A stretch of 64,000 nt of DNA from an uncultured Bifidobacterium sp. (GTDB lineage: Bacteria > Verrucomicrobiota > Verrucomicrobiia > Limisphaerales > JADJPG01), in contig CAZBIC010000004.1 of the NCBI GenBank assembly GCA_964491875.1, forward strand, positions 52,669-116,668. Reading direction: 5' to 3'. Made by a program: the position numbers and the translations under genes. A model generated the notes under the pieces. The model saw only the letters and a list, made by a program, of their open reading frames with translations. It searched no databases and had not been told where the DNA came from. Below, in pieces: positions 47,554 through 58,096 of the stretch; the first letter of the stretch is position 1, and every line of letters starts with the position of its first letter.

Positions 47554-49683
47554 ATGATCAAACGATTCACCGAGCAACGCGGCCGTTCACTTGGAGTCAC
47601 CTTCAAGGAGGCCGTTTCCATTGTGGGCGCGGGCTGTGCCCGTTTTACCCGCCGATTTTCCGGCCACGCTTCGTCGCGGCCGATTTCATCCTCCGTATCG
47701 GGAGATGCCAATTCCGAGTCTCAATCCTTCGAGCTGGTCGGTGCAGACCAATTCTTGTCCTCACCCGCAATTGATACGCTCAAGGAGGGCGAAGCCATTC
47801 TTCAGGAAGTTTCCCAGAGCGTTGAGAAATGTTTCCTCGGCCTGGGTTACGTGCTGGAGAAACTGCCGGGGGTGAGCGAGCGGCTGGTTAAACAGAGCCA
47901 GCGATACTCCGAAGTTTCATCCGGACGCGCCTCGGGCAATGCGACATTTGAAGAGACGATTCAGCTGATTGAGGAACCGTTGGCGTTCATTGACCAGAGC
48001 CAGGACGAAGTTCGGAAGTTGATTGGCGCACTGGAGGAATTGCAGCAGCGAATTCATCGCTTGATTGCCTCCGAGGATTCGTTGAACCGGGCCGTTGCTC
48101 CGCTGACCTATATCCAGACTTTGTTCCGGGTCGAATCCACCGGATTGCCCCACGCCGTGCAGCAAATGTTCCTCGCGTTGACGGAAGACATCGAGCGGCT
48201 GCACGAACGGGTGAGCCAGACCTTCGGCGAAAAGTTCGCCGTGCTGCGCGTCGCCAACAAAACCATCCAGCGCGTCGCCAGCCAACTGCGCGAAGAGATT
48301 CGTTCGAATGGCACGGCCTTGCGCGACCAGCGAAAGAAGGTCGAGGCGGCGCTCGCCCAGCTGAATCTCGATCTCAAAGCCAACGAAGCACGTGGCGTCC
48401 AGTTGAACAGCGTGAGCCGGGTGATTGAACGGGAGGCGGGCATGCTCGTCATCAGCCTCCAGGCGCAGGATATCGTGAGCCAAAAGCTGGCGCACATCGT
48501 TGGGGCGCTGTCACAGGTGCAAGCGCGGATGACACCCGAAACGTGGCTGGCGCCGCGCGAAAGCGCCCGGCAGGACATCGCCTACTGCGCGGTTTCCAGC
48601 CGGCTCCAGGCGACGCAGCTTGAAGGTGTGGGAGTCGATCTCGACCAGGCCCATCAGCAGATCGAGCGGGCGACGGTCGAGATCGGAACGCAGGTTCGCA
48701 AACTGGAGGAAGACTACCTGGGAACGGACAGCCGGCAGCAGAATGCCGCGGGCACGGACGCATTGATTCAGGTGCTGCTCGATACGATGGCTGAGGTTCG
48801 CGCCATGAGCGATCGCGCGGTGAATTCCGCGGAGAAAGCGTTCGCGGCGATCAGTCCGATTGGCGGCATGGCCTCCAACCTAACCGGCGTGATGCGGCAG
48901 CTCTCGGCGCAGATTCATTTGATCGCGCTCAATGCCCAGGTCCAGGCGGCGCACAATTGCGGCGGGACCGGCCTGGAAGTGCTGGCGTCGAGCACGGCGA
49001 CGATCTCCATCGAGACGAGCGAGATCAGCGAACGCGTGGCGAGCGGCGTGGATGCGTTGACCGAGGAATTGAACCGTCTCGTGGCGGCCTTCGCGAAGTT
49101 GCGTGATGACGGCGCGACGCAGCGCGATCGCATGTCTGCTCTCGGCCGGACCAAGGAGGGCGAACTGAACTCGATTCGCGAAGGGACGGGGAAGGAGTTG
49201 GGTGCCCTGCGCGAAAGCGTTCACCAGATCCGCGGTCATCTGGAGTCGATGGAGAAGGAGAACCAACTGCCGACCATTGCTGGCGAGAAGCTCACCCGGC
49301 TGTCCGAAGTGCTGGTGGCAGCCGCGAACACGATGGAGGCACCGCTCAAAAGCGCCGGCGTTGTCATCAATCCAGCGTCGTTCTCGGCGGAGCTGTCCAA
49401 GCGCTACAGCGTCGCTTCCGAGCATGAACTGCATCGGCGGTTCTTCAACGAGCCCGGCGCCAAGGCGTCACCTGCGCCGTCATTGGCCAGCAAGCAGACG
49501 GACGATGACATCCTCTGGGGCGATCCCTCCACGGAGTCCGCGCCCGCGGTGTCCGACCCGGCGGCAACGGTCCCGATTCGGGGCGACACGGTCGTGGTGG
49601 CGGTTGGCTCCGCTTCGAATGAAGCGACCGCCGCTGAGAAGAAGAAGGACGAATCACTCGGGGACAATGTTGATCTCTTTTGA
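47554..49683 (+). CDS. Soluble coiled-coil protein with a degenerate MCP-signalling-like segment, first gene of the che cluster
   Basis: ORF trimmed to ATG 47554. No TM helix. LSAQIHLIALNAQVQAAHNCGGTGLEVLASS aligns without gaps to the canonical tip [32 protein letters not shown] of the neighbouring MCP but lacks EAARAGExGxGF. Also contains LQAQDIVSQKL (DxxxQ). Confidence 0.65.
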   Translation: MIKRFTEQRGRSLGVTFKEAVSIVGAGCARFTRRFSGHASSRPISSSVSGDANSESQSFELVGADQFLSSPAIDTLKEGEAILQEVSQSVEKCFLGLGYVLEKLPGVSERLVKQSQRYSEVSSGRASGNATFEETIQLIEEPLAFIDQSQDEVRKLIGALEELQQRIHRLIASEDSLNRAVAPLTYIQTLFRVESTGLPHAVQQMFLALTEDIERLHERVSQTFGEKFAVLRVANKTIQRVASQLREEIRSNGTALRDQRKKVEAALAQLNLDLKANEARGVQLNSVSRVIEREAGMLVISLQAQDIVSQKLAHIVGALSQVQARMTPETWLAPRESARQDIAYCAVSSRLQATQLEGVGVDLDQAHQQIERATVEIGTQVRKLEEDYLGTDSRQQNAAGTDALIQVLLDTMAEVRAMSDRAVNSAEKAFAAISPIGGMASNLTGVMRQLSAQIHLIALNAQVQAAHNCGGTGLEVLASSTATISIETSEISERVASGVDALTEELNRLVAAFAKLRDDGATQRDRMSALGRTKEGELNSIREGTGKELGALRESVHQIRGHLESMEKENQLPTIAGEKLTRLSEVLVAAANTMEAPLKSAGVVINPASFSAELSKRYSVASEHELHRRFFNEPGAKASPAPSLASKQTDDDILWGDPSTESAPAVSDPAATVPIRGDTVVVAVGSASNEATAAEKKKDESLGDNVDLF

Positions 49684-49744
49684 CCGCATGAACGCGACTC
49701 TCCACTGGAATTCGATTTTTGAAACTGAGTAGCCAACTGGAATC

Positions 49745-50113
49745 ATGAGCAAGACCATCATTACCGTCGACGACGCAGCCACGATGCGAAAAATGATCTC
49801 GTTCACCCTCAAGGGAGCGGGACACGAAGTATTGGAGGCGGCGGATGGCGTCGAAGCACTGAAGACCCTGCAGACCCGGGCAGTGGACATGGTGATCACC
49901 GACGTGAACATGCCGAACATGGACGGCCTCACGCTCACCCGCAGCCTGCGCGCGCTACCGCAATTCGCCCGCACGCCGATTGTGTTGCTTACCACGGAAT
50001 CCGCCCCGGAGAAGAAGGCCGAGGGCAAAGCGGCGGGAGCGACCGGCTGGATCGTGAAACCGTTCCAACAGGATCAATTGCTGGCGGTCGTCGCCAAAGT
50101 GCTCGGGCCCTAG
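49745..50113 (+). CDS. cheY: CheY-like single-domain response regulator
   Basis: 122 aa. IITVDDAATMRKM, VITDVNMPNMDG and GWIVKPF. Confidence 0.9.
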   Translation: MSKTIITVDDAATMRKMISFTLKGAGHEVLEAADGVEALKTLQTRAVDMVITDVNMPNMDGLTLTRSLRALPQFARTPIVLLTTESAPEKKAEGKAAGATGWIVKPFQQDQLLAVVAKVLGP

Positions 50114-50140
50114 AAACCACGAACAACACTTCCACCTGCC

Positions 50141-52501
50141 ATGCCAACCAACGAAGAACTTCAGAAGCAGCTGATTCAGGATCTGCTCGTCGAGAGCAAC
50201 GAGGGGCTTGATCGGTTTGATCGGGAGATGCTCGCCCTGGAAAAGGGCCAGGCCACTCCCGACACGCCGAACATCATCTTCCGCGTCATCCACACCATCA
50301 AAGGCACGGCGGGCTGCCTCGGCTTGAGCAAGATCGAATCGGTCGCGCACGTGGGTGAAAATCTCCTGAGCCTGCTCCGCGAGGGCAAGGTGACGGTGAC
50401 GCCGCCGTTGATCTCCACGCTGCTCGCCTACGCGGATGCCTTGCGCGCCATGCTGAGTTCATTGCGCGATGAAGGCAACGAGGGCAGCGAGGATTACTCG
50501 GCATTGCTCAAACAACTTCAGGATTTGCAGACCGCGTCGTCTGCTACTTCTACGGAAACGATCCCGGCGCCGCAGGCAGCTGCACCCGTTGCTGCGCCGG
50601 CCGCGTTGCCCCAAGGATGGGGACTCTTCGATGATGAACCGGCTCCGGCCACGCCGGCCGTGACTCCGGTTCTGTCTGAGGCTGTGGCCCCGGCGCCGGT
50701 AATCGAGCGCGCACCAGTCGTCGCGCCGGTGACCGCGCATGCGCCCACGGGAACGCCGGGTCCCTCGCATCCGCCGGGTGAAGGTGGCGCGCGGGCGACG
50801 TCCGCGGCGGATACCGCCATTCGCGTGAATGTGGAGCAGCTCGACAAACTGATGAATCTCGTGGGCGAACTCGTGCTGGCCCGCAATCAGATCGTCCAGC
50901 ATTCGGCGCTTATTCAGGATAATTCGCTCATCGCCGCATCGCAGCGGCTCAACATCATCACCACCGAATTGCAGGAAAGCGTGATGAAGACGCGGATGCA
51001 GCCGATCGGAAATGTCTGGGCCAAGTTTCCGCGCATCGTGCGCGATGTCGCGGGCGAGCTCGGCAAGAAGGTGCAGCTCGTCATGGAAGGCAATGAGACG
51101 GAGCTGGACCGCACGATCATTGAGGCGATCAAGGATCCGCTTACTCACATCATCCGCAACGCGATCGATCACGGCATTGAGACGCCCGAGGTGCGGCGGG
51201 GCGGCGGCAAACCGGACGAAGGTTTGTTGATCCTGCGCGCCTTTCACGAGGGCGGCCAGGTGAACATTGAGATCATGGATGATGGTCGCGGCATCAATAT
51301 TTCGCGGGTGAAGGAGAAGGCGCTGCAACGGGCGTTGATCACAGCGGAGCAATCCGCACGTATGAGCGACCGGGAGGCCTTCAATCTGATCTTCCTGCCG
51401 GGCTTCAGCACGGCGGAGAAGGTGACCAATCTCTCCGGTCGCGGCGTCGGCATGGACGTGGTGAAGACGAACATCGAGAAGATCGGTGGCTCGGTGGATT
51501 TGCTCAGCGAGGCGAATGCGGGAACGACGATCAAGATCAAGATCCCGCTGACGCTCGCCATCATTCCGGCGCTGATTGTCACGAGCGGCCGCGAGCGTTT
51601 TGCCATTCCGCAGGTGAGCCTGCTGGAACTCGTCCGGCTCGAAGCGGAGCAGGCGAGGAAGGGTATCGAGAAGCTTTACGGCGCGCCGGTCTACCGGTTG
51701 CGCGGTCAGTTGTTGCCGTTGGTTTATTTGAACAAGGAATTGGAACTGGGCGGCGCATCCTCCACTGGAGGCGCGGTCGATGAGGCGGTGAATATCGTGG
51801 TGTTGCAGGCGGACGGACGCCAGTTCGGCATGGTGGTGGATGAGATCAACGACACGGAGGAGATCGTCGTGAAACCTCTCGGTAAACAACTAAAGGGACT
51901 GACGTGCTTTGCCGGCGCCACCATCATGGGCGACGGCCGGGTGGCTTTGATTCTGGATGTGGTGGGCCTGGCCCAACACGCGCAGGTGATTCGCGAGGTT
52001 CGCGATCGTTCGATGACCGAGAAGAACAAGGGCGATGCTCGCGCGAGCGAACGGCAGACTCTGCTGCTGTTCGATGTGGGCGAGGGAGCCCGGATGGCCA
52101 TCCCGCTCTCGATGGTGGCGCGGTTGGAGGAATTTCCGCGCAGCCAGATCGAACGCTCCGGAGCGCACGAGGTGGTTCAATACCGGGGCCAGATTCTCCC
52201 ACTGGTGCGCGTGTCCGACTATGTGCGGACGGTGGCCGAGGCGACTGGGGGCGGAACGGATCTCATGCAGGTGGTGGTCTATTCGGAGCAGGGCCGGAGC
52301 ATCGGATTGGTCGTCGGCTCCATCAACGACATCGTGGAGGAGGCGGTGACGGTGAAACGCGATTCCGCGCACGATGGCATTCTCGGTTCGGCCGTCATTC
52401 AAAACCGCGTCACCGATCTGCTCGATGTGGCGGCGGTAATTCGTTCGGCGGATCCGAGCTTCTACTCCAGCAGCCGAACTCCTGTGGGGCTCGCCGCGTG
52501 A
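50141..52501 (+). CDS. cheA: Chemotaxis histidine kinase CheA with two C-terminal CheW-like domains
   Basis: Hpt RVIHTIKGTAG, Pro/Ala-rich linker, HATPase HIIRNAIDHGIE / DDGRGI / GRGVGMDVV. Then two CheW-like segments (RFAIPQVSLLELV..., then LLLFDVGEGARMAIPLSMVARLEEF...). Confidence 0.95.
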   Translation: MPTNEELQKQLIQDLLVESNEGLDRFDREMLALEKGQATPDTPNIIFRVIHTIKGTAGCLGLSKIESVAHVGENLLSLLREGKVTVTPPLISTLLAYADALRAMLSSLRDEGNEGSEDYSALLKQLQDLQTASSATSTETIPAPQAAAPVAAPAALPQGWGLFDDEPAPATPAVTPVLSEAVAPAPVIERAPVVAPVTAHAPTGTPGPSHPPGEGGARATSAADTAIRVNVEQLDKLMNLVGELVLARNQIVQHSALIQDNSLIAASQRLNIITTELQESVMKTRMQPIGNVWAKFPRIVRDVAGELGKKVQLVMEGNETELDRTIIEAIKDPLTHIIRNAIDHGIETPEVRRGGGKPDEGLLILRAFHEGGQVNIEIMDDGRGINISRVKEKALQRALITAEQSARMSDREAFNLIFLPGFSTAEKVTNLSGRGVGMDVVKTNIEKIGGSVDLLSEANAGTTIKIKIPLTLAIIPALIVTSGRERFAIPQVSLLELVRLEAEQARKGIEKLYGAPVYRLRGQLLPLVYLNKELELGGASSTGGAVDEAVNIVVLQADGRQFGMVVDEINDTEEIVVKPLGKQLKGLTCFAGATIMGDGRVALILDVVGLAQHAQVIREVRDRSMTEKNKGDARASERQTLLLFDVGEGARMAIPLSMVARLEEFPRSQIERSGAHEVVQYRGQILPLVRVSDYVRTVAEATGGGTDLMQVVVYSEQGRSIGLVVGSINDIVEEAVTVKRDSAHDGILGSAVIQNRVTDLLDVAAVIRSADPSFYSSSRTPVGLAA

Positions 52502-52523
52502 ACCTCCCAACCCCTTTCAATTT

Positions 52524-52955
52524 ATGAACGACAGCAAACAGTTCTGCACCTTCTTCATCGACGGTCTGTTCTTTGGCGTCGAGGTGCTGAAGGTCCAGGA
52601 AGTCATCCGTTACCAGCAGATGACGGCAGTCCCGCTCGCGTCCCGCACGATCGAGGGGCTGATCAATCTCCGCGGCCAGATCGTCACCGCGATTGACCTG
52701 CGACGCCGGCTCGATTTGCCGCCGCGTGGCGAGGAACAACTGCCGATGAACGTGGTGGTGCGCAGTGACGACGGCGCCGTCAGCCTGCTCGTCGACGAGA
52801 TCGGCGACGTGGTGGAAATCCACGACGACGTCCGTGAGCGTCCGCCGGAGACGCTGCGCGGAGTCGCGCGGGAACTGGTGACTGGCGTATACAAATTAAA
52901 GGAGCGCCTGCTGCTCATTCTCGACACGGAGAAGACGGTGAACCTCGCAGCCTGA
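52524..52955 (+). CDS. cheW: Chemotaxis coupling protein CheW
   Basis: 143 aa. FCTFFIDGLFFGVEVLKVQEVI...GLINLRGQIVTAIDLRRRL. Confidence 0.9.
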   Translation: MNDSKQFCTFFIDGLFFGVEVLKVQEVIRYQQMTAVPLASRTIEGLINLRGQIVTAIDLRRRLDLPPRGEEQLPMNVVVRSDDGAVSLLVDEIGDVVEIHDDVRERPPETLRGVARELVTGVYKLKERLLLILDTEKTVNLAA

Positions 52956-53068
52956 ACGATTCCGACATGACCAAGCTTTACTCCCAAAGCCCTTTCGCCC
53001 AAACCGGCCATCGCGTCGAGGGCGTGTTCCACAATTACTGACCAACAACAAAACAAAATACCAAAGCC

Positions 53069-55450
53069 ATGAAAGCCACATCCCCGAGTCCCGTCCGACG
53101 CAAGAATGGAGCGCCGCGCGCCAGCCGTCCCGTCGACGCCCGTCAAAGCCGCGAAGAAGAGTTGAGCATCCTGCGCGGACAGGTCGAAGCCATCCACAAA
53201 TCGCAGGCGGTGATCGAGCTGGAGCTCGACGGCACCATCGTGCGCGCGAATGAGAATTTTCTGAAGGTGGTCGGCTACACCGAGACCGAGGTGTCGGGCC
53301 AGAATCACAGTTTCCTCGTCGATGCCGCGCGCCGCGCGAGCGCCGATTACCAGGAGCTCTGGAACAATTTGTCGCGCGGCCTGACCCAGAGCGGAGAATA
53401 CCGGCTCGTGGGGCAGGGCGGTCGCGAATGCTGGTTCCAGTTTACCTATCATCCCATTCCCGGCACCGATGGAGGGGCCACGACGGTTGTGGCGGTTGGT
53501 TACGACGTCACTGCCCAACAGAAGCTGCGCGAACAGTATGCTGAACTGAAGGTGCGTTCGGACATCATCGACATGACGAGCATCGTTTCCGAGGCGGATC
53601 TCAAGGGTGACATTCTCTGCATCAATCAGAAGTTCGTGGAAGTGTCCAAATACAGCCGCGAGGAGCTGATCGGCAAAGGCCACAATACGACGCGCCATCC
53701 GGACATGCCGAAGGACGTTTTCAAGGAAATGTGGTCGACCATTGGACGCGGGAAAGTCTTCCGCGGCGTGGTGAAGAACCGCGCGAAGGACGGCTCGCCC
53801 TACTACGTCGATGCTGTGATCGCGCCCGTGCTGGGTGAGAACGGCAAGCCCAAGAAGTATGTGGGCGTGCGCTACGACATCACGCAGTTGGAACTGGAAC
53901 GGCAGAACATGAAGGGCGTGCTTTCCGCCATTAACAGCGCGTATGCCTACATCGAGTTCGACACTCAGGGAAATGTCACCGCGGCCAACGAGAACTTTCT
54001 GAAGACACTTGGCTACCAGCTTGACGAGATAGTGGGCAAACATCATCGGATGTTTGTGGAACCGTCCTTTGCAGCCACTGGGACCTACCAGCAGTTCTGG
54101 ACTGACCTGGCGGCTGGCAAAATTCAGGCCGACACCTTCAAGCGTGTGACAAAAGACAAGCGCGAGATCTGGATCCAAGCGGTCTATGCCCCCGTAAAGG
54201 ACGAGATGGGGCGAGTCACCAAGATCATCAAGATTGCGACAGACGTGACGGAAGCGAAGGTTTCGGCCACCAACAGCAAGCGGCAGTTGGACGAGATTAA
54301 CCGGACCCAGGCGGTGATCGAGTTCTCGAACGATGGCGTGTGTCTGTCGGCCAACGACAACTTCTGCAATTGCATGGGGTATCGGCTGGAGGAAATCAAA
54401 GGCCGGCACCACAGCACTTTCGTCGAGCCGCAGTACCGGGAGAGCGCGGAGTACCGCCAGTTCTGGCGCGACCTGAACGATGGAAAGTTCCAGACCGCGG
54501 AGTACAAGCGCATTGGCAAAGGTGGCTTGGAGGTCTGGATTCAGGCGACCTACAATCCGATGTTCGACATCAACGGAAAGGTCAATCGGGTCGTGAAGTT
54601 CGCGACAGACATCACCGCGCGCAAAGTGGCGGAACAGAATTTGAAAAACACGCTGACGGCGGTGAATCAAAATGCGCAGGCTCTTGCCAGCGCTTCCGAA
54701 GAGCTGACAGCAGTCAGCCAGCAGATGAGTTCGAACTCGGAAGAAACTGCTGCGCAATCCAACGTGGTGGCCAGCGCGTCCGAGCAGGTGAGCCGCAATG
54801 TCGCCACCGTGGCGACGAGCGCCGAGGAAATGAGCGCCAGCGTGAAGGAGATTGCGAAGAACGCGAATGACGCGGCGCGAGTGGCGACTGAGGCGGTTTC
54901 AGTGGCCAGCAGCACCAATGCGACGGTGGCGAAGTTGGGGGAAAGCAGCATTGAGATCGGTAAAGTAATTAAGGTGATCACAAGCATCGCCCAGCAGACC
55001 AACCTGCTTGCGTTGAACGCGACCATCGAAGCGGCGCGAGCGGGCGAGGCCGGGAAGGGTTTCGCGGTGGTGGCGAATGAGGTCAAGGAACTGGCCAAAC
55101 AAACCGCCACGGCAACCGAGGACATCAGCCAGAAGATCGAGGCCATTCAGACTGATACCAGAGGCGCTGTAACTGCGATCGATCAAATCAGCAAAATCAT
55201 CGGCCAGATCAATGACATCTCCAATACCATCGCCAGCGCGGTGGAGGAGCAGTCGGCGACCACCAACGAAATCGCTCGCAATGCCAGTGAGGCCGCAAAG
55301 GGCAGTACGGAGATCTCGAAGAACATCGCCAATGTCAGTCTGGCGGCCAAGAACACCACTGAAGGCGCCAATAACACCCTGAGCGCGGCGACCGAGCTTT
55401 CCAAACTGGCAGGAGAGCTGCGAGGTGTGGTCGAGAAGGCCAAGCTGTAA
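53069..55450 (+). CDS. Cytoplasmic methyl-accepting chemotaxis protein with about four PAS/PAC modules
   Basis: No TM helix. Repeated PAS-like blocks ([22 protein letters not shown]..., [22 protein letters not shown]..., [22 protein letters not shown]...). Canonical tip [35 protein letters not shown]. Confidence 0.9.
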   Translation: MKATSPSPVRRKNGAPRASRPVDARQSREEELSILRGQVEAIHKSQAVIELELDGTIVRANENFLKVVGYTETEVSGQNHSFLVDAARRASADYQELWNNLSRGLTQSGEYRLVGQGGRECWFQFTYHPIPGTDGGATTVVAVGYDVTAQQKLREQYAELKVRSDIIDMTSIVSEADLKGDILCINQKFVEVSKYSREELIGKGHNTTRHPDMPKDVFKEMWSTIGRGKVFRGVVKNRAKDGSPYYVDAVIAPVLGENGKPKKYVGVRYDITQLELERQNMKGVLSAINSAYAYIEFDTQGNVTAANENFLKTLGYQLDEIVGKHHRMFVEPSFAATGTYQQFWTDLAAGKIQADTFKRVTKDKREIWIQAVYAPVKDEMGRVTKIIKIATDVTEAKVSATNSKRQLDEINRTQAVIEFSNDGVCLSANDNFCNCMGYRLEEIKGRHHSTFVEPQYRESAEYRQFWRDLNDGKFQTAEYKRIGKGGLEVWIQATYNPMFDINGKVNRVVKFATDITARKVAEQNLKNTLTAVNQNAQALASASEELTAVSQQMSSNSEETAAQSNVVASASEQVSRNVATVATSAEEMSASVKEIAKNANDAARVATEAVSVASSTNATVAKLGESSIEIGKVIKVITSIAQQTNLLALNATIEAARAGEAGKGFAVVANEVKELAKQTATATEDISQKIEAIQTDTRGAVTAIDQISKIIGQINDISNTIASAVEEQSATTNEIARNASEAAKGSTEISKNIANVSLAAKNTTEGANNTLSAATELSKLAGELRGVVEKAKL

Positions 55451-55530
55451 GACCCCTTGGTGAGGTGAACGGGGGCTGAATTGCCCCTGTTTACCGACCC
55501 GTTCCGTTCGTTTGATTCCGTCTAGGAAAT

Positions 55531-55908
55531 ATGAAGATGCTAGTTGTTGATGATTCCAAAGCCATGCGTGTTTTTTTGAGCAGTCTGGCTGGTAAGCTTG
55601 AGTTTGTTTCGGAGGAAGCCGAGGACGGTCGTGCCGCGTTGGATCTTCTTATCAAGAACGATCCTCGCCAGCCGTTCGACATTGCGCTGGTGGACCTCAA
55701 TATGCCTCACATGAACGGTATCGAGTTCATCCAGTTCGTCCGTCGCAACCGCCAGTATAACCACGTCAAATTGATGGTAGTAACCACGGAGAATTCCATG
55801 GAGACACTGGCCTCCGCCATTGAGGCCGGGGCCGACGATCTTTTGATGAAGCCGGTGACCATGGAGTCGCTCACGGAAAAGCTGACGATCTTGGGCTTGG
55901 TGGCTTGA
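55531..55908 (+). CDS. Second CheY-like response regulator
   Basis: 125 aa. MLVVDDSKAMR, ALVDLNMPHMNG and LLMKPV. Visibly lower GC than its neighbours. Confidence 0.85.
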   Translation: MKMLVVDDSKAMRVFLSSLAGKLEFVSEEAEDGRAALDLLIKNDPRQPFDIALVDLNMPHMNGIEFIQFVRRNRQYNHVKLMVVTTENSMETLASAIEAGADDLLMKPVTMESLTEKLTILGLVA

Positions 55909-55938
55909 AAAGTCTGAGCTGAGGAACAACTAAAAACT

Positions 55939-57027
55939 ATGCCAAAGATCAGAGTGCTGGTGGTGGATGACGCGGTGGTGATGCGGAAGATGATCACCGA
56001 GGTGCTGGCTCGCGACAGTCAGATCGAAGTCATCGGCTCGGCTCCGAACGGAAAGGTCGCCTTGCAGAAGATTCCACAGGTGAATCCGGATTTGATCACG
56101 ATGGATGTCGAAATGCCGGAGATGGACGGCATCGAAACACTCCGCGAGATTCGAAAGATCTATCCGAAGCTGCCGGTGATCATGTTCAGCACGCTGACCG
56201 CCAAGGGGGCGAGCACGACGCTGGACGCCCTCACGATCGGCGCGACGGATTACGTGACCAAGCCGGCGAACGTGGGCTCGGTGACGGACGGCATCAATCG
56301 CCTCGAGGCTGAGTTGATCCCCAAGATCAAGGCTCATTGCAAGCACCTGCGAGTGGCCGAGCCGCCCGGTGAGCACACGGCGTTCATCTCGCGGTTGAAG
56401 CCGATCGCGTTTCCGCCACGTGCCCGCGCCAAATCGATTGATATCGTGTGCGTCGGGACGTCGACCGGTGGTCCGAATGCGCTGGCCGAGGTGTTCAAAT
56501 CATTCCCCGCAGATTTTCCGGTGCCGATCGTGGTGGTGCAGCACATGCCGCCGATGTTCACGGCGTTGCTGGCAGAGCGGCTGGCGGCGAACACGGCGAT
56601 TCGCTTTCACGAGGGACAGCACGGACAGCTGGTTGTTCCCGGGCATGGCTACATTGCCCCCGGCGGCAAACACATGGAGGTGAAGCGCGAGGGGCTGCGG
56701 ACGGTTCTGCAGCTGCAAGACGGTCCTCCGGAGAATTCGTGTCGTCCCGCGGTGGACGTTTTGTTTCGCAGCGTCGCGGCGACCTACGGCGGGAATGTGT
56801 TGGCGGTGGTGCTGACGGGAATGGGGCAGGACGGCTTGCGGGGTTGCCAGCATCTTCGTGAGGCGCATGCGCAGGTGATGGCGCAGGACGAAAAGTCGAG
56901 CGTCGTATGGGGCATGCCAGGTTGCGTGGTGACCGCGGGGCTCGCGGATCAGGTCGTGCCGCTGGACCGGGTGGGCGGGGAGATTGTTCGAAAGGTTAAG
57001 GAGTCGCGCCGGGCGTGTGCGGCGTAA
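55939..57027 (+). CDS. cheB: Chemotaxis response regulator protein-glutamate methylesterase CheB
   Basis: REC (VLVVDDAVVMRKM...MDVEMPEMDG) plus the methylesterase domain GTSTGGPNAL, VVQHMPPMFT and TGMGQDG. Confidence 0.95.
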   Translation: MPKIRVLVVDDAVVMRKMITEVLARDSQIEVIGSAPNGKVALQKIPQVNPDLITMDVEMPEMDGIETLREIRKIYPKLPVIMFSTLTAKGASTTLDALTIGATDYVTKPANVGSVTDGINRLEAELIPKIKAHCKHLRVAEPPGEHTAFISRLKPIAFPPRARAKSIDIVCVGTSTGGPNALAEVFKSFPADFPVPIVVVQHMPPMFTALLAERLAANTAIRFHEGQHGQLVVPGHGYIAPGGKHMEVKREGLRTVLQLQDGPPENSCRPAVDVLFRSVAATYGGNVLAVVLTGMGQDGLRGCQHLREAHAQVMAQDEKSSVVWGMPGCVVTAGLADQVVPLDRVGGEIVRKVKESRRACAA

Positions 57028-57918
57028 ATGGGCAATTGGGCATTCACTGCATCCAACCACCATCAAACTTACCTAATGTCGATCGCTCCCGAAAATTTCC
57101 GCTTTATCCAACAGTTCGCACGAGACTCCGCCGCCATCATTCTGGAGCCGGGCAAGGAGTATCTCGTGGAGTCCCGACTGACTCCGCTCGCGCTTCAGGC
57201 CGGATTCGCCTCGCTGGATGAGTTTGTCTCCCGATTGCGGACGAATCCATTGCAGACGTTGTTCCATGACCAGGTGATCGATGCGCTGACGACGAATGAG
57301 ACTTCGTTCTTCCGGGATTTCCATCCGTTCGAGACGCTGCGCAATCAGTTGATTCCCCTGCTGATCACCCGTCGGGGGCCGATGCGCAAACTCAACATCT
57401 GGTCGGGCGCGGCATCCACCGGGCAGGAAGCCTACAGCATCGCGATGATCATCCGTGAACATTTCCCGGAGCTGCGCGACTGGCAGGTGTCCATTCTGGG
57501 AACGGATCTTTCGCCCACCGTGTTGAGCCAGGCGAAGGAAGGGGCTTACTCGCAGCTGGAGGTGAATCGTGGCCTGCCGGCGCCGCTGCTGTTGAAGTAT
57601 TTTACCAAGGTGGGAACGAAGTGGGTGGTGAAAGACGACCTCAAGCGGCTCGTGGAGTTTCGCCAGATGAACCTCTTCAAACCGTGGCCGATCCTCCCGA
57701 TGTTTGATTTGGTTCTGCTCCGGAATGTGATGATCTATTTCGACATTGAGACGAAGAGGGAGATTCTCAGGCGCATCCGGAACTGCATTCACCCCGAGGG
57801 ATATCTCTTTCTGGGAGCCGCCGAGACAACCATCAATCTCGATCCCAATTGGGATACCCTCACCATGGGACTCTCAACGCTGTACCAGCACAAAGCGGCG
57901 CTGCCGATTGCGGCGTAA
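57028..57918 (+). CDS. cheR: Chemotaxis protein methyltransferase CheR
   Basis: FRFIQQFARDSAAIILEPGKEYLVESRL and the SAM motif IWSGAASTGQEAYSIAM. ATG 57028 abuts the cheB stop; an alternative start is ATG 57076. Confidence 0.9.
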   Translation: MGNWAFTASNHHQTYLMSIAPENFRFIQQFARDSAAIILEPGKEYLVESRLTPLALQAGFASLDEFVSRLRTNPLQTLFHDQVIDALTTNETSFFRDFHPFETLRNQLIPLLITRRGPMRKLNIWSGAASTGQEAYSIAMIIREHFPELRDWQVSILGTDLSPTVLSQAKEGAYSQLEVNRGLPAPLLLKYFTKVGTKWVVKDDLKRLVEFRQMNLFKPWPILPMFDLVLLRNVMIYFDIETKREILRRIRNCIHPEGYLFLGAAETTINLDPNWDTLTMGLSTLYQHKAALPIAA

Positions 57919-58096
57919 AGGCGGTCGGTGGGGGAAACGACTGGTTCGTCGCGACGCGCCCTCACGGTCATAGGGGCGGTGAATTCCAACTGCAGCGGAG
58001 TTACTGCGCGGGGTTGTCGACCTTGCTGCTGCCCAACTCCACTCCGGCTAAATATCCGCTCGATATCGTGCGTCCAACGCTCCACATTTACAAAAC

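Noticed and set aside
38716-54757. Other very long shadow ORFs: 38716..40356 (+, antisense to purH), 40855..41802 (+), 20121..21116 (-), 50459..51889 (-), 51890..52510 (-), 52610..54757 (-, 715 aa antisense to the MCP), 27933..28652 (-), 25527..26537 (-)
   Set aside because: Each lies antisense to a gene with clear family motifs. Each has an Arg/His/Leu/Asp-rich composition without recognisable domains, signal peptides or TM helices.
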